Positions 20,471-29,597 of a DNA stretch of 64,000 nucleotides are shown here, piece by piece. This DNA comes from an uncultured Pseudomonadales bacterium. GTDB taxonomy: Bacteria > Pseudomonadota > Gammaproteobacteria > Pseudomonadales > Azotimanducaceae. The translations under genes and the position numbers were made by a program. Positions within the stretch are counted from its first letter, which is position 1. Each line of letters opens with the position of its first letter. Location: the NCBI GenBank assembly GCA_949372755.1, contig CASIBO010000008.1, positions 33,162-97,161 of the forward strand, in the 5' to 3' direction. Under the pieces are notes generated by a model, which made no database searches, was not told the DNA's origin, and saw only the letters and a program-made list of their open reading frames with translations.

Positions 20471-22662
20471 ATTCGTCCGCGGTCAAATTAAAACATTTGG
20501 TCTTGCTCGGGGGTGGGCATGCCCATATTGGCGTCCTGCGGATGCTCGGAATGCACCCTGAGCCTGATTTGAAAGTAACCTTGGTGAGCCCGAGCCGAGA
20601 AACACCCTATTCTGGGCTCCTGCCCGGCGTGGTTGGCGGACATTTTCCAGAGCAAGATTTATACATCGATTTAGGCCGTTTATGTCAATTTGCGGGTGCC
20701 GATTTGGTTTTAGCAACCGCAACCGCCATTGACCCAGATGGCTCCGAAATTGAACTTAAGAATCGCCCTAATTTAGCCTACGACTATCTGTCAATTGACG
20801 TGGGCATTGAGCCGGCGCTCACGGATCTCGCAGAATTTGATGCGGCCCTCGTACCCGTAAAGCCTATTTCCGGATTTATGGCCCGGTTTAATCTGGTATA
20901 TGAGCAGTATCGCGGTGGGGGCGCCTTTGCGATTGTTGGGGCTGGGGCGGCGGGCCTTGAATTGGCTTTCGCGCTGAATCACCGCTTTGGCGACAAGGCC
21001 GAAAAAAATGGTCTGCCAAAACCCCTTTTTTATCTGTGCCAGGCTGCGGCGGAAATTTTACCCGAGGCGCCGCCTCGACTGCGAGCAAACGTTCAAAAAG
21101 CATTGGCCGCGCAAGGCATCCAATTTCAGCCCCAGTTTCGTGCGGTGCGTCAAGGCGCAGGCCAGCTGGTGTCGGCAATTGGCGCTGTCTTAGAAGTCGA
21201 TCAGGTATTTTGGGCAACGGGTGCCGCGCCTCAGGCGTTTCTGCAGAACAGTGATTTAGCGTGTACCCCATCCGGGTTTATTGCGGTGAACGCACAGTTA
21301 CAATCGGTTAGCCATCCCAATGTCTTCGCGGTGGGTGATGCTGCCGATATGGTCGAGCAATCGCGGCCAAAAGCAGGCGTTTATGCTGTCCGGCAGGCCC
21401 CAGTTTTGTTTCAAAATCTAACGAGAATGCATCGCGGCCAGGCCTTGAAGCGCTTCAAGGCGCAGCAACGGGTTCTGTCGCTGATTTCGCTGGGCGAGCA
21501 AACGGCGCTGGGCTACAAAGGCCCTTTTTGGGGTTGGGGACGCAGCCTTTGGCGGCTTAAGCGCAGCATTGATTACAAGTTTTTGGATTCGTTTAAAAAC
21601 CTGCCGCTGATGGCGCCGCCGAGCCTATCGAGCGAGCAGGCGCTCGACCCCAGCATGCAGTGCCGAGGGTGTGGCGCGAAGGTGGCCTCGAGCATCTTGA
21701 GCGATGTGTTGGCTCAGTTGGATCCGGATGGCGGGCGGGTACTGGATGACTCAGCGGTTCTGACGCCACCGGCCGGTGAACTCATGATTCAATCGGTTGA
21801 TGCGTTTCGACCCATCATTGATGATCCGTATGTGCTGGCGAAAATTGCGGTCGTGCATGCCGTGAGCGATATTTACGCCATGGGCGGGCGCGTGGGGCCG
21901 ATCATGGTCAATCTCACGTTGCCCTACGGCAGTGAGTCCATTACTCGGTCGCTGCTGCAGCAGGTCATGGCGGGCGTGCTCAGCCAGACCAAGGCTGAAG
22001 GTGGACAGTTGGTCGGGGGGCACACGGCTGAAGGCCTTGAGCTCAATATCACGGTCAGTGTGACGGGTTGGGCGCCGTCGGATCACCTCAAAACCAGTCG
22101 TGGGGCACAGTTGGATGATCACTTAGTCCTGACTAAAGCGCTCGGGACGGGCACATTATTTGCAGCGTCAATGCGTGGCCAAGCGGCGCCTTCCTGGATC
22201 AATCACGCCGTTGCGATGATGTTGCAATCTAACCGAGCGGCAGGCGCGCTCGTTGCAGCGCCTTCGGTCCATGCGGTCACGGATGTGACCGGTTTTGGTC
22301 TAGCGGGTCATCTGCAGAATATGCTGGCGGTAGACCAAGGCGTCGACTTGATGTTGCCGCAACTGCCAGCGCTCAATGGGGCGTTAGCCAGTTTTTCAGA
22401 ACTGGGCGTTTACAGCACCGCCCATGAAAAGAACCAGCGCGCCGCGACTTTAGTGCGCACGCAGGACTTTTCGGATCCTGAACTGTTGGCTCGGCAGTCA
22501 CTGTTGTTTGACCCCCAGACTTCTGGTGGTTTGTTAATCAGCGTTGCTCCGGACGCCTCCCAGGATCTTGTTGCTCGATTACAGGCGTTGGGCTTTGATC
22601 AGGCGGCCGTCATCGGCAGGATAACGGATCAAAGGGGCATTGCTGTTAGCACTGGCGGGTAA
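20467..22662 (+). CDS. selD: FAD/NAD(P)-dependent oxidoreductase fused to selenide, water dikinase (SelD)
   Basis: The N-terminus has VLLGGGHAHIG and GAGAAGLE Rossmann motifs and GDAAD. The C-terminal half has SelD features (CRGCGAKV N-terminal loop, AIR-synthase-like fold motifs). The start is either GTG at 20467 (GTGA overlap with the esterase stop) or ATG at 20440. Confidence 0.8.
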   Translation: MNSSAVKLKHLVLLGGGHAHIGVLRMLGMHPEPDLKVTLVSPSRETPYSGLLPGVVGGHFPEQDLYIDLGRLCQFAGADLVLATATAIDPDGSEIELKNRPNLAYDYLSIDVGIEPALTDLAEFDAALVPVKPISGFMARFNLVYEQYRGGGAFAIVGAGAAGLELAFALNHRFGDKAEKNGLPKPLFYLCQAAAEILPEAPPRLRANVQKALAAQGIQFQPQFRAVRQGAGQLVSAIGAVLEVDQVFWATGAAPQAFLQNSDLACTPSGFIAVNAQLQSVSHPNVFAVGDAADMVEQSRPKAGVYAVRQAPVLFQNLTRMHRGQALKRFKAQQRVLSLISLGEQTALGYKGPFWGWGRSLWRLKRSIDYKFLDSFKNLPLMAPPSLSSEQALDPSMQCRGCGAKVASSILSDVLAQLDPDGGRVLDDSAVLTPPAGELMIQSVDAFRPIIDDPYVLAKIAVVHAVSDIYAMGGRVGPIMVNLTLPYGSESITRSLLQQVMAGVLSQTKAEGGQLVGGHTAEGLELNITVSVTGWAPSDHLKTSRGAQLDDHLVLTKALGTGTLFAASMRGQAAPSWINHAVAMMLQSNRAAGALVAAPSVHAVTDVTGFGLAGHLQNMLAVDQGVDLMLPQLPALNGALASFSELGVYSTAHEKNQRAATLVRTQDFSDPELLARQSLLFDPQTSGGLLISVAPDASQDLVARLQALGFDQAAVIGRITDQRGIAVSTGG

Positions 22663-22701
22663 GGTCCGCCGCGTCGGTTAGCTTGCGCAACCAGGGGTTA
22701 A

Positions 22702-23808
22702 TTGTATGATGCAATGAATGCAGATAAGGGTAGGCCGCGCATGAGTGCAGAATACAATCCAGAGTTTGACCCGACCGGGATAGAAGGCGGCGTCGATACC
22801 AATCAATTACCGTGGATCCAGTTGGCCTGCGCACCAGGCTGGCAATTTAAGCCGCTGCGGGCCAGTCGCGAAAGCGGCATGTTCTCAGCGATTGTGAAAC
22901 TGAATCAAGGTGTCAGCACGACGAATTTGTTGCACCTTGGCGCTATGGATCTGCTCATCCTCTCGGGCGAACTCAGCTTTATTGACGGCCCGCTGGCCGG
23001 CAGTATCGGCCCCGGCATTTGGGGTTACGTGCCGGCCAATGCCTGCGTGGCTGGATTGCAGGCGGTGCAGGACACCGAATTTCTCGCAAATTTCTATGGG
23101 CCGGTTGCGTTCTTGTCAGAGCAGCGCGCTGTGTTGAGTCTATTAACGGCGATGGACCTGCAACAGGGCGCGGACGCGCATGGCATGACGTTAGTGCCCA
23201 ATACCTTGGCCGAATGCATGCAGCCCCGAGCGCAACCGGCGCACAGCGCGGCCATGCCACTTGCCATTGCAGGCTCTAGCGCTGGTGAATTGGTGAATGC
23301 GCAAGCGGCGACAGCTGATTTTGTGCATCCGCACTTCGTCGATACCCGCGCCATTGCCTGGATTGTTGACCCAACTTTGCCAGACATCGGCTTAAAAGTG
23401 TTGCGGGTGAGTGAAGAAACGGGCGTCAGTTCCCTGATTGTTCGGCATAACGGCGTGGCTGGCCCGCATTACCATTTGGGGGCAGCCGATTTTCTAGTGC
23501 TCAACGGTCATATTGGTTACCGAGCGGGCCCGCCAGAAGGCTACGGGCCAGGCGTTTGGTTTTATGAGCCTGCTGGGGCTCGCCATGAAGCCACCCAGCG
23601 GGTCGGTGATCAGGAGGATCTCATTTACACGGCCAATGTTTATGGTCCGATTCAGTTCGATGAGGGGCCCGGCACGCCGATCAGTGCCGTGCAGTCTTGG
23701 ATGCAATACAAGCAAGCCGCGACAGCCTTTGGCCTTAAACTTGTGGCCAATCAATTTGAATCTGATTCGTCGCTACTTGCCTGGGCGCCGGTAGGTTCTA
23801 CAGGATAA
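22702..23808 (+). CDS. double cupin-domain protein (ChrR-like cupins)
   Basis: Two similar halves, each ending in a G.W.YVPA / GVWFYEPAGARH-type cupin motif. The family call is tentative. Confidence 0.5.
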   Translation: MYDAMNADKGRPRMSAEYNPEFDPTGIEGGVDTNQLPWIQLACAPGWQFKPLRASRESGMFSAIVKLNQGVSTTNLLHLGAMDLLILSGELSFIDGPLAGSIGPGIWGYVPANACVAGLQAVQDTEFLANFYGPVAFLSEQRAVLSLLTAMDLQQGADAHGMTLVPNTLAECMQPRAQPAHSAAMPLAIAGSSAGELVNAQAATADFVHPHFVDTRAIAWIVDPTLPDIGLKVLRVSEETGVSSLIVRHNGVAGPHYHLGAADFLVLNGHIGYRAGPPEGYGPGVWFYEPAGARHEATQRVGDQEDLIYTANVYGPIQFDEGPGTPISAVQSWMQYKQAATAFGLKLVANQFESDSSLLAWAPVGSTG

Positions 23809-23867
23809 GTCGAGTGCTGATACCGAAAGGTTCAGCGCAATAACAGAGCGTGAAGGAGACGCATTCA

Positions 23868-24101
23868 ATGGAATGGCGCATCCGAACAGAAAAAAGGATG
23901 AACGCAGCGGAGGATAAGACCACGCTATCCGGCGCATACAAGCTCGAGCGGCATCTTCCTGAGGGCATGCGCCGAAGGATGAGCGCACTGGGTGACAACC
24001 CGTTTAATGGCGCGAGCACCAATACGGGGGGACGGCGTCTCGAGGTTCACGGGGGTCGTGTACTGAATTTTTCCGCCCAAGACGACGGGCAATCAACGTG
24101 A
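23868..24101 (+). CDS. possible small basic protein (77 aa), unknown function
   Basis: An AAGGAG Shine-Dalgarno lies 9 nt upstream of the ATG, in an otherwise empty 310-bp gap. I recognise no family. Confidence 0.3.
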   Translation: MEWRIRTEKRMNAAEDKTTLSGAYKLERHLPEGMRRRMSALGDNPFNGASTNTGGRRLEVHGGRVLNFSAQDDGQST

Positions 24102-24119
24102 TCTCTAAGGAGCGCAGCC

Positions 24120-25115
24120 ATGACGCTTGAAACCGCTGAAACCATCGATGTCCACGCCCATGCCGTGCTAGAAGCCACGATGGGCGCCGCTGGCGCGCAC
24201 GGACCTACCTTAAGTTTTGAGGAACGACCCAAGTTTACCGTGGCCAATTATGAGCTTACCGGTGTCAGGTATCGCGGCAGTCCGTTTATGGATCCTGATC
24301 TTCGAATCCACTCAATGGATCAGGCGGGTATCGATTTTCAAATCCTGTCGCCGAACCCGTTAACTTATTTTCACTTTATTGAGGCTGATCAGGGTCAGGC
24401 GTTTTGTCGCACTCACAATGACGCTTTGGCAGATCTCGTTCAACATTACCCCGAGCGGCTAGCCGCTTTTGCTAGCGTGCCAATGCAGGATATTGGCTTT
24501 GCGGTTGAAGAGTTAGAGCGGTCGGTGCGGGAGCTTGGGTTTCTGGGCGCATACATCGGCACGGACTTTGGGATGCCGCTGAATGATGTGCGGCTTAATC
24601 CGTTTTATGAAAAGCTGGTGGATCTGAATGTCCCGCTCTTTATCCATCCGGCCCCAGCGGGCATTGACGGGCCTTTGGGCGATGCCAATCTTAAGCAATT
24701 TGACTTGGATATTATTGTTGGGTTTGCCGCTCAGGAGACCATTGCGGTGTGCACCTTGATTTATGGCGGCGTTTTACAACGCTACCCGGACTTGGATATT
24801 TGTCTGAGTCACGGTGGCGGGGCAACCGGTTACGCCTATGGGCGGATGCGCATGGCGGCTCAAAAGCGGCCCTGGGCAAGTGCGGAATTGCAAGCTGATG
24901 GCGCCTTTGATGCGCTCCTGCACCGGCTTTGGTTCGATACCCATGTTCATGATGCGGCATCGCTTGCGCTGCTCACCCAGCATGTTAACGAGGCGCGGTT
25001 GGTGTTTGGCACCAACTTTTCCGGTTGGGATCAACAAGACTATAATGTTCGGCAGGAAGCAAAGCCCTATACCCATAATGCCAAAAGATTGCTACGAGCG
25101 GGAGTAATAACGTGA
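24120..25115 (+). CDS. amidohydrolase-2 family protein (ACMSD-like decarboxylase/hydratase)
   Basis: Metal-ligand motif IDVHAHAV, later HP and SHGGG motifs, and an AGGAG RBS. Confidence 0.8.
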   Translation: MTLETAETIDVHAHAVLEATMGAAGAHGPTLSFEERPKFTVANYELTGVRYRGSPFMDPDLRIHSMDQAGIDFQILSPNPLTYFHFIEADQGQAFCRTHNDALADLVQHYPERLAAFASVPMQDIGFAVEELERSVRELGFLGAYIGTDFGMPLNDVRLNPFYEKLVDLNVPLFIHPAPAGIDGPLGDANLKQFDLDIIVGFAAQETIAVCTLIYGGVLQRYPDLDICLSHGGGATGYAYGRMRMAAQKRPWASAELQADGAFDALLHRLWFDTHVHDAASLALLTQHVNEARLVFGTNFSGWDQQDYNVRQEAKPYTHNAKRLLRAGVIT

Positions 25116-25699
25116 CGAATACCTCTGTAACCCTTGCGTCGTTGGCCGCGCGTTTAGATCGGCTTGAGTCGAAAGATGCCATTCGGGATATCGCGACGGC
25201 CTATGCGATTGCCTGCGATGAGCACGATATGCCGCGCCTCATGGATTTGTTCACGGTGGATGCTTGTTTCGATGCCCCTAATGGTTCTATGGTGGCAAAG
25301 GGGAAAGCGGCTATTCAAACTTTGTTTGAAAAAACCTTCAAAATTCGTGGTCCGGCCTATCATTGGACCCATGATATCACCATTGAAATTGATGCCGCGG
25401 ATCCCGATCGCGGGACAGGATTGGTTTTGAGTCATGCTGAAACCACGCCCAATGGCGTCGTCTCGATCGCCGCGATGCGCTACCAAGATGATTACCGCCG
25501 CGAATCGGACGGCCAATGGCGCTTTGCCAAGCGCGTCATCTCTTTTTTGTATTATGTCCCGGCGGGCGACTATTCCCAGGGCTTAAACCATCCGGATCGG
25601 GTGGTGATGGGTGGTCATCGGCTAAAAGCCGATTATCCAGAAGCGCTGCCAGCCTGGCAGGCCTTTATCAAGACGCATGGCCCGCTAGACTTGGATTAA
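25112..25699 (+). CDS. SnoaL-like / NTF2-fold protein
   Basis: 195 aa. N-terminal LE.RL..LE.KDAIRDI..YA...D pattern typical of SnoaL_4/NTF2-like proteins. GTGA overlap with the upstream gene. Confidence 0.65.
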   Translation: MTNTSVTLASLAARLDRLESKDAIRDIATAYAIACDEHDMPRLMDLFTVDACFDAPNGSMVAKGKAAIQTLFEKTFKIRGPAYHWTHDITIEIDAADPDRGTGLVLSHAETTPNGVVSIAAMRYQDDYRRESDGQWRFAKRVISFLYYVPAGDYSQGLNHPDRVVMGGHRLKADYPEALPAWQAFIKTHGPLDLD

Positions 25700-25705
25700 G
25701 ATCGT

Positions 25706-26881
25706 ATGAAAACCCAATCAAGACATGATGAGATGATGAGCCTCGCAGCACGGGCTCTACAGCACTTTGAACATCAGACAACGGATCTTGCGCCTGACAT
25801 TATGTCGCAACCGGTCGCCGCCTATATTGATCTCGCGCGCTATCAGGCGGAACGCGAGGGCATTTTTAAACAGTTGCCCTTAGCGCTTGCCCTGACGCTG
25901 GAACTACCCAGTCCCGGCGATTACAAAGCCATGACGGTGCTTGAAACCCCGATTATCATTGCGCGGAATCAAACCGGGGAGGTGAAGTGCTTTTTAAACG
26001 CCTGCCGTCATCGCGGGTCTCGGTTATGCGACGATGGTTGCGGTGCGGCCCGCGTGTTCTCCTGCCCATACCATGCCTGGACCTATGATGCAGAGGGTGC
26101 GCTGATTGGGCGGTATGGGGCTGAGACCTTTGGCGAGGTTGACCCAGCTGATTTTCATTTAACGGAACTGCCCTGCGCCGAACGTTGCGGGCTGATCTGG
26201 GTGACGCTCACGCCATCTCAGGCCATGGATATCGACGCCTGGTTGGGAGATTTTGCGGTGGAACTGGACACCCTCGCGCTGAGCGATTGGCACCTGCACG
26301 AGGTTCGGGTGATTGATGGGCCAGGCTGGAAGGTCACCCTTGACGGCTATTTGGAAGCCTATCACCACAACCTGGTGCATGGTGCGACAGTGGGGCAGCA
26401 TACGGTGGGGAATCTCTTGGTGCTCGACACCTATGGGCCCCATCAACGGCTGACTTTCGGTCGTAAAACCTTAGGGGCCTTGAGTGACCAAGCGCCAGCG
26501 GATTGGGCGCCTGCTGACCACATCAGGCTCATCCATTCTTGCTTTCCGAACTTATCAATCTCCGGGATCCTAGGGGATCACTGTTTGGTGAGTCAGATTT
26601 TTCCAGGGCCCAGCATCGATAGCACCCAGACCATTCAGTTTGTTCTTTCGGCGCGCGCGCCAGCCACGGAAAGTGACCAGCAAGCCACAGAGAATTTCAG
26701 TGCGATGGTCTTGCAAGCGGTCCAAGATGAAGATTACCGAATTGGCTTTGGCATTCAGGAATCAATCCTGACTGGCGCCAATGAGGCTTTTGTCTTTGGT
26801 CGGAACGAGCCGGCGGTTCAAAATTACCATCGATCGGTCGCGCGCTTTATGGCAGACCTTGGCAGGGCTGGCGCAGAATAG
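25706..26881 (+). CDS. Rieske [2Fe-2S] oxygenase alpha subunit
   Basis: Rieske motif CRHRGSRL...CPYHAW, and a mononuclear-iron EAYHHNLVH region. Confidence 0.85.
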   Translation: MKTQSRHDEMMSLAARALQHFEHQTTDLAPDIMSQPVAAYIDLARYQAEREGIFKQLPLALALTLELPSPGDYKAMTVLETPIIIARNQTGEVKCFLNACRHRGSRLCDDGCGAARVFSCPYHAWTYDAEGALIGRYGAETFGEVDPADFHLTELPCAERCGLIWVTLTPSQAMDIDAWLGDFAVELDTLALSDWHLHEVRVIDGPGWKVTLDGYLEAYHHNLVHGATVGQHTVGNLLVLDTYGPHQRLTFGRKTLGALSDQAPADWAPADHIRLIHSCFPNLSISGILGDHCLVSQIFPGPSIDSTQTIQFVLSARAPATESDQQATENFSAMVLQAVQDEDYRIGFGIQESILTGANEAFVFGRNEPAVQNYHRSVARFMADLGRAGAE

Positions 26882-27130
26882 TTGGGTTGCACGATGGTGG
26901 TTAGGCTGTTTGCTTGTGGGGCAGTTATAAGGTTTTAGATTCATCGTGTAAGCGACAGCAAGCGTCTGCGCAGGCCGTAATCTCACAGAATCAGTTGTGT
27001 ATCAGCACGCTTTTTAAAGACCCTGAGCAACGACTCATTGTAAGGGCTTTTATTAAATGCTCGTGTAAAAGGCTGTGACTAAAGGCGCTTGTTAAAGACT
27101 CGCATCGTGCGCGGTATTGAGGGAGAGGAT

Positions 27131-27709
27131 ATGCAAAAGCACCGTTGCCAGTGGTGCGGGGAGGATCCGCTGTATGTTAGTTACCACGATGAGGAGTGGG
27201 GCCTGCCCACGTATGATGATGCAACCTTGTTTGAGTTTTTAATCTTAGAAGGCGCGCAAGCGGGCTTGGCCTGGATCACCGTTTTGAGAAAGCGTGAAGG
27301 CTACCGGGCTCTATTTGACCAATTTGATCCGAACAAAGTCGCACACTTCAGCGATGCCAAGCTGGCCGCGCTGAGACTAGATGAGCGAATCATCCGTAAC
27401 CGCTTAAAGATTAACAGCGCGCGGCAAAATGCGCGTGCGTTCCTATCAGTACAAGCTGAGTGGGGCAGTTTTAGCCAGTATCTTTGGCATTTTGTCGACG
27501 GCAAGCCCGTTATCAATCAGGTGAGATCTTTGGCTGATGTGCCGGCCAAAACACCCTTGTCAGACCAAATCAGTAAGGATTTAAAGGCGCGCGGCTTTAA
27601 CTTTGTTGGCTCGACCATTGTCTATGCCTATCTGCAAGCAATGGGGGTCGTGAATGACCACACGGTTGATTGTTTTCGGTATCAGGAATGTCGCCGCCTG
27701 AGCCCTTAA
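27131..27709 (+). CDS. tag: DNA-3-methyladenine glycosylase I
   Basis: RCQWCGEDPLYVSYHDEEWG...FLILEGAQAGLAW is characteristic of Tag. Confidence 0.9.
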   Translation: MQKHRCQWCGEDPLYVSYHDEEWGLPTYDDATLFEFLILEGAQAGLAWITVLRKREGYRALFDQFDPNKVAHFSDAKLAALRLDERIIRNRLKINSARQNARAFLSVQAEWGSFSQYLWHFVDGKPVINQVRSLADVPAKTPLSDQISKDLKARGFNFVGSTIVYAYLQAMGVVNDHTVDCFRYQECRRLSP

Positions 27710-27913
27710 AAGACTCTGGTCGTGGTGGCAATGCGGCCTAAAAAACAATATAACTGAGTCAGTTGCAGCCGAATGTGAGATTCAACGTTTAGGAACGTGA
27801 TTGTATCAATATTTGATCCTGCCTTGGTTTCGAAGGTCGTTGCCAGAGGCCAGCCGCCCATCCTCGACCGGGATGCGAAGCACTTGCTCAAGGCTTGTTT
27901 TGAGTCTTTTAGA

Positions 27914-28033
27914 AAAGCGCCGTTAATGGTTTTTTTTAAAGCGCCGCTAATGGCTTTTTTCAAAGCGCCGCCAATGGCTTTTTTTAAAACGCCGCTCACG
28001 GCTTTTTTTAAAACGCCGCTAATGGCTTCAAAC
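27914..28033. repeat. five tandem copies of a 24-bp repeat (AAAGCGCCGCTAATGGCTTTTTTT-like)
   Basis: Read directly. The units start at 27914, 27938, 27962, 27986 and 28010. The array ends 83 bp upstream of the P450 start. Confidence 0.9.
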
Positions 28034-28116
28034 GCTTCGCAACCAGCGCAGCTCAATAGCAAGGGGCTTGAGGCGAATTCATCACCACAGTCTCCCAAAA
28101 AAAGGTTCTCAGAATC

Positions 28117-29310
28117 ATGAAGATCAATCTACTAGATGTTGCGTCGTTCGACGGCGGTCACCCCATTGCGCAGTACGATCACCTGCTGGCCGCAGCGCCG
28201 GTTTATTGGCATGAGGAACCGGGCGGTCGCGGCTTCTGGGCCGTCACTCGATATCAGGATGTTTATGATATTGGGCGCAACGCGGCGGTTTTTTCCTCCT
28301 CGCCGACGATCATGATTCAAGATCCGATGACCGATGCGAGCGGCGCGAGTGCGAGCAGCAAGATGATGCTCATGATGGATCCGCCGGAACATACCGGTTA
28401 TCGCAAGCTGATCAGTCGAGCCTTCACCCAGGGTCCGGCGCGGGACTATGAACCTCGAATCAAAGCCTTGGCGACGAGCATTATTGATGCCGTTGCGCAA
28501 AAGGGAGAGTGCGAGTTTATGTCGGAGGTGGCCGGCGAGATGCCCAGTTTTGTGATTGCGGACCTCATGGGCTTGCCCTTGAGCGATGGCCGGGAACTCT
28601 ACCGATTAACCGAGATTATTCATACTGATCCTGCGAGCCTGCCAAAAGGCGCGAGTGCCGAGGCGGTCCAGTCGATGTTTCATTATGCGATGACGGTTAT
28701 CAAAGAAAAGCGGGCGCAACCTGGCGAGGATCTCGCGAGCCAGTTATTGCAGGCGGAGCTAGATGGTCGGCGCCTGACCGACGAAGAATTCTTGTTGTTC
28801 TTTATGCTCTTGGTGGATGCAGGCGGGGACACGACCCGTAACTTAGTGGGTACTGGGACCTATGAGTTGATCCGCTCAGCGGGTGCCTGGGAACAACTGG
28901 CCGAGGATCCTACGGGGCGATTACCCTTAGCGGCAGAGGAACTCTTGCGACTGACCTCTCCTGTGATTTATATGCGCAGAACGCTGACGCAGGACTATGT
29001 GTTGAATGGGCAAGCGATGCAAAAAGGGGACAAGGTGGTGATGTACTATGGCGCGGCCAATCGTGATTCAAGGATGTTTACCGAACCCCACCGGTTAGAT
29101 TTAACGCGACAACAAGCGCGGCATCTCGCATTTGGTGGTGGCCATCATGTTTGCTTAGGTCAATGGTATGCGCGTCTCGAGATCGATGCGATTTTTACTG
29201 AAATGCTCACGCGCATGAAGCGCTTGCGAGTTTTAGAGCCGCCTCAGTGGCTGAACTCTACTTTTATTTCAGGGATGACGCATATGCCGATCGGATTTGA
29301 ATTACGGTGA
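28117..29310 (+). CDS. cytochrome P450
   Basis: Heme-ligand loop FGGGHHVCLG, I-helix LLVDAGGDTT, and EELLR (ExxR). Confidence 0.9.
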   Translation: MKINLLDVASFDGGHPIAQYDHLLAAAPVYWHEEPGGRGFWAVTRYQDVYDIGRNAAVFSSSPTIMIQDPMTDASGASASSKMMLMMDPPEHTGYRKLISRAFTQGPARDYEPRIKALATSIIDAVAQKGECEFMSEVAGEMPSFVIADLMGLPLSDGRELYRLTEIIHTDPASLPKGASAEAVQSMFHYAMTVIKEKRAQPGEDLASQLLQAELDGRRLTDEEFLLFFMLLVDAGGDTTRNLVGTGTYELIRSAGAWEQLAEDPTGRLPLAAEELLRLTSPVIYMRRTLTQDYVLNGQAMQKGDKVVMYYGAANRDSRMFTEPHRLDLTRQQARHLAFGGGHHVCLGQWYARLEIDAIFTEMLTRMKRLRVLEPPQWLNSTFISGMTHMPIGFELR

Positions 29311-29552
29311 GCGCGTCGCAACACAGCGTGGGTTTCTTTTTGGTTGCAGTGGTTTACCCGTTGCAAAGTTTGGTAGCATGTCGGGTGGTGGCGTCAGCGC
29401 GGTGGTCTGCGTCCTGCTCTTCAAAAGCAGTGAGGTCTCGTTAAGAGCGCCTTTCGTTCGACTCGGAGCGCCACTGCCACATTATTTGTATCCGCTTGCG
29501 TTGCTCTGCGCTACATGTTCGGGTCGGCGCGACCCTGTTCAAGATGCCTAAA

Positions 29553-29584
29553 GCCTCGAAAGCACTCGAGGTACTTTCGAGGGC
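29553..29584 (-). terminator. possible intrinsic terminator hairpin between convergent genes
   Basis: A roughly 10-bp stem (GCCTCGAAAG / CTTTCGAGGGC) with an 11-nt loop. On the minus strand it is followed by TTTAGG, which is only a weak U-tract. Confidence 0.35.
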
Positions 29585-29597
29585 TTACCGGGCCCGC

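Noticed and set aside
27914-28033. CRISPR-like array.
   Set aside because: The repeats are directly abutting with no spacers, are only 24 bp long, and no cas genes are present. The same reasoning applies to the 17-bp repeats at 10317-10367.
27706-28098. 130-aa minus-strand ORF and 107-aa plus-strand ORF with KKA.SG.L or FFKAP.MA 8-residue repeats.
   Set aside because: Both frames are open only because the 24-bp repeat period is a multiple of three. There is no convincing start or RBS, and the minus ORF overlaps the tag stop. I treat the region as a non-coding tandem repeat, though a repeat protein cannot be fully excluded.
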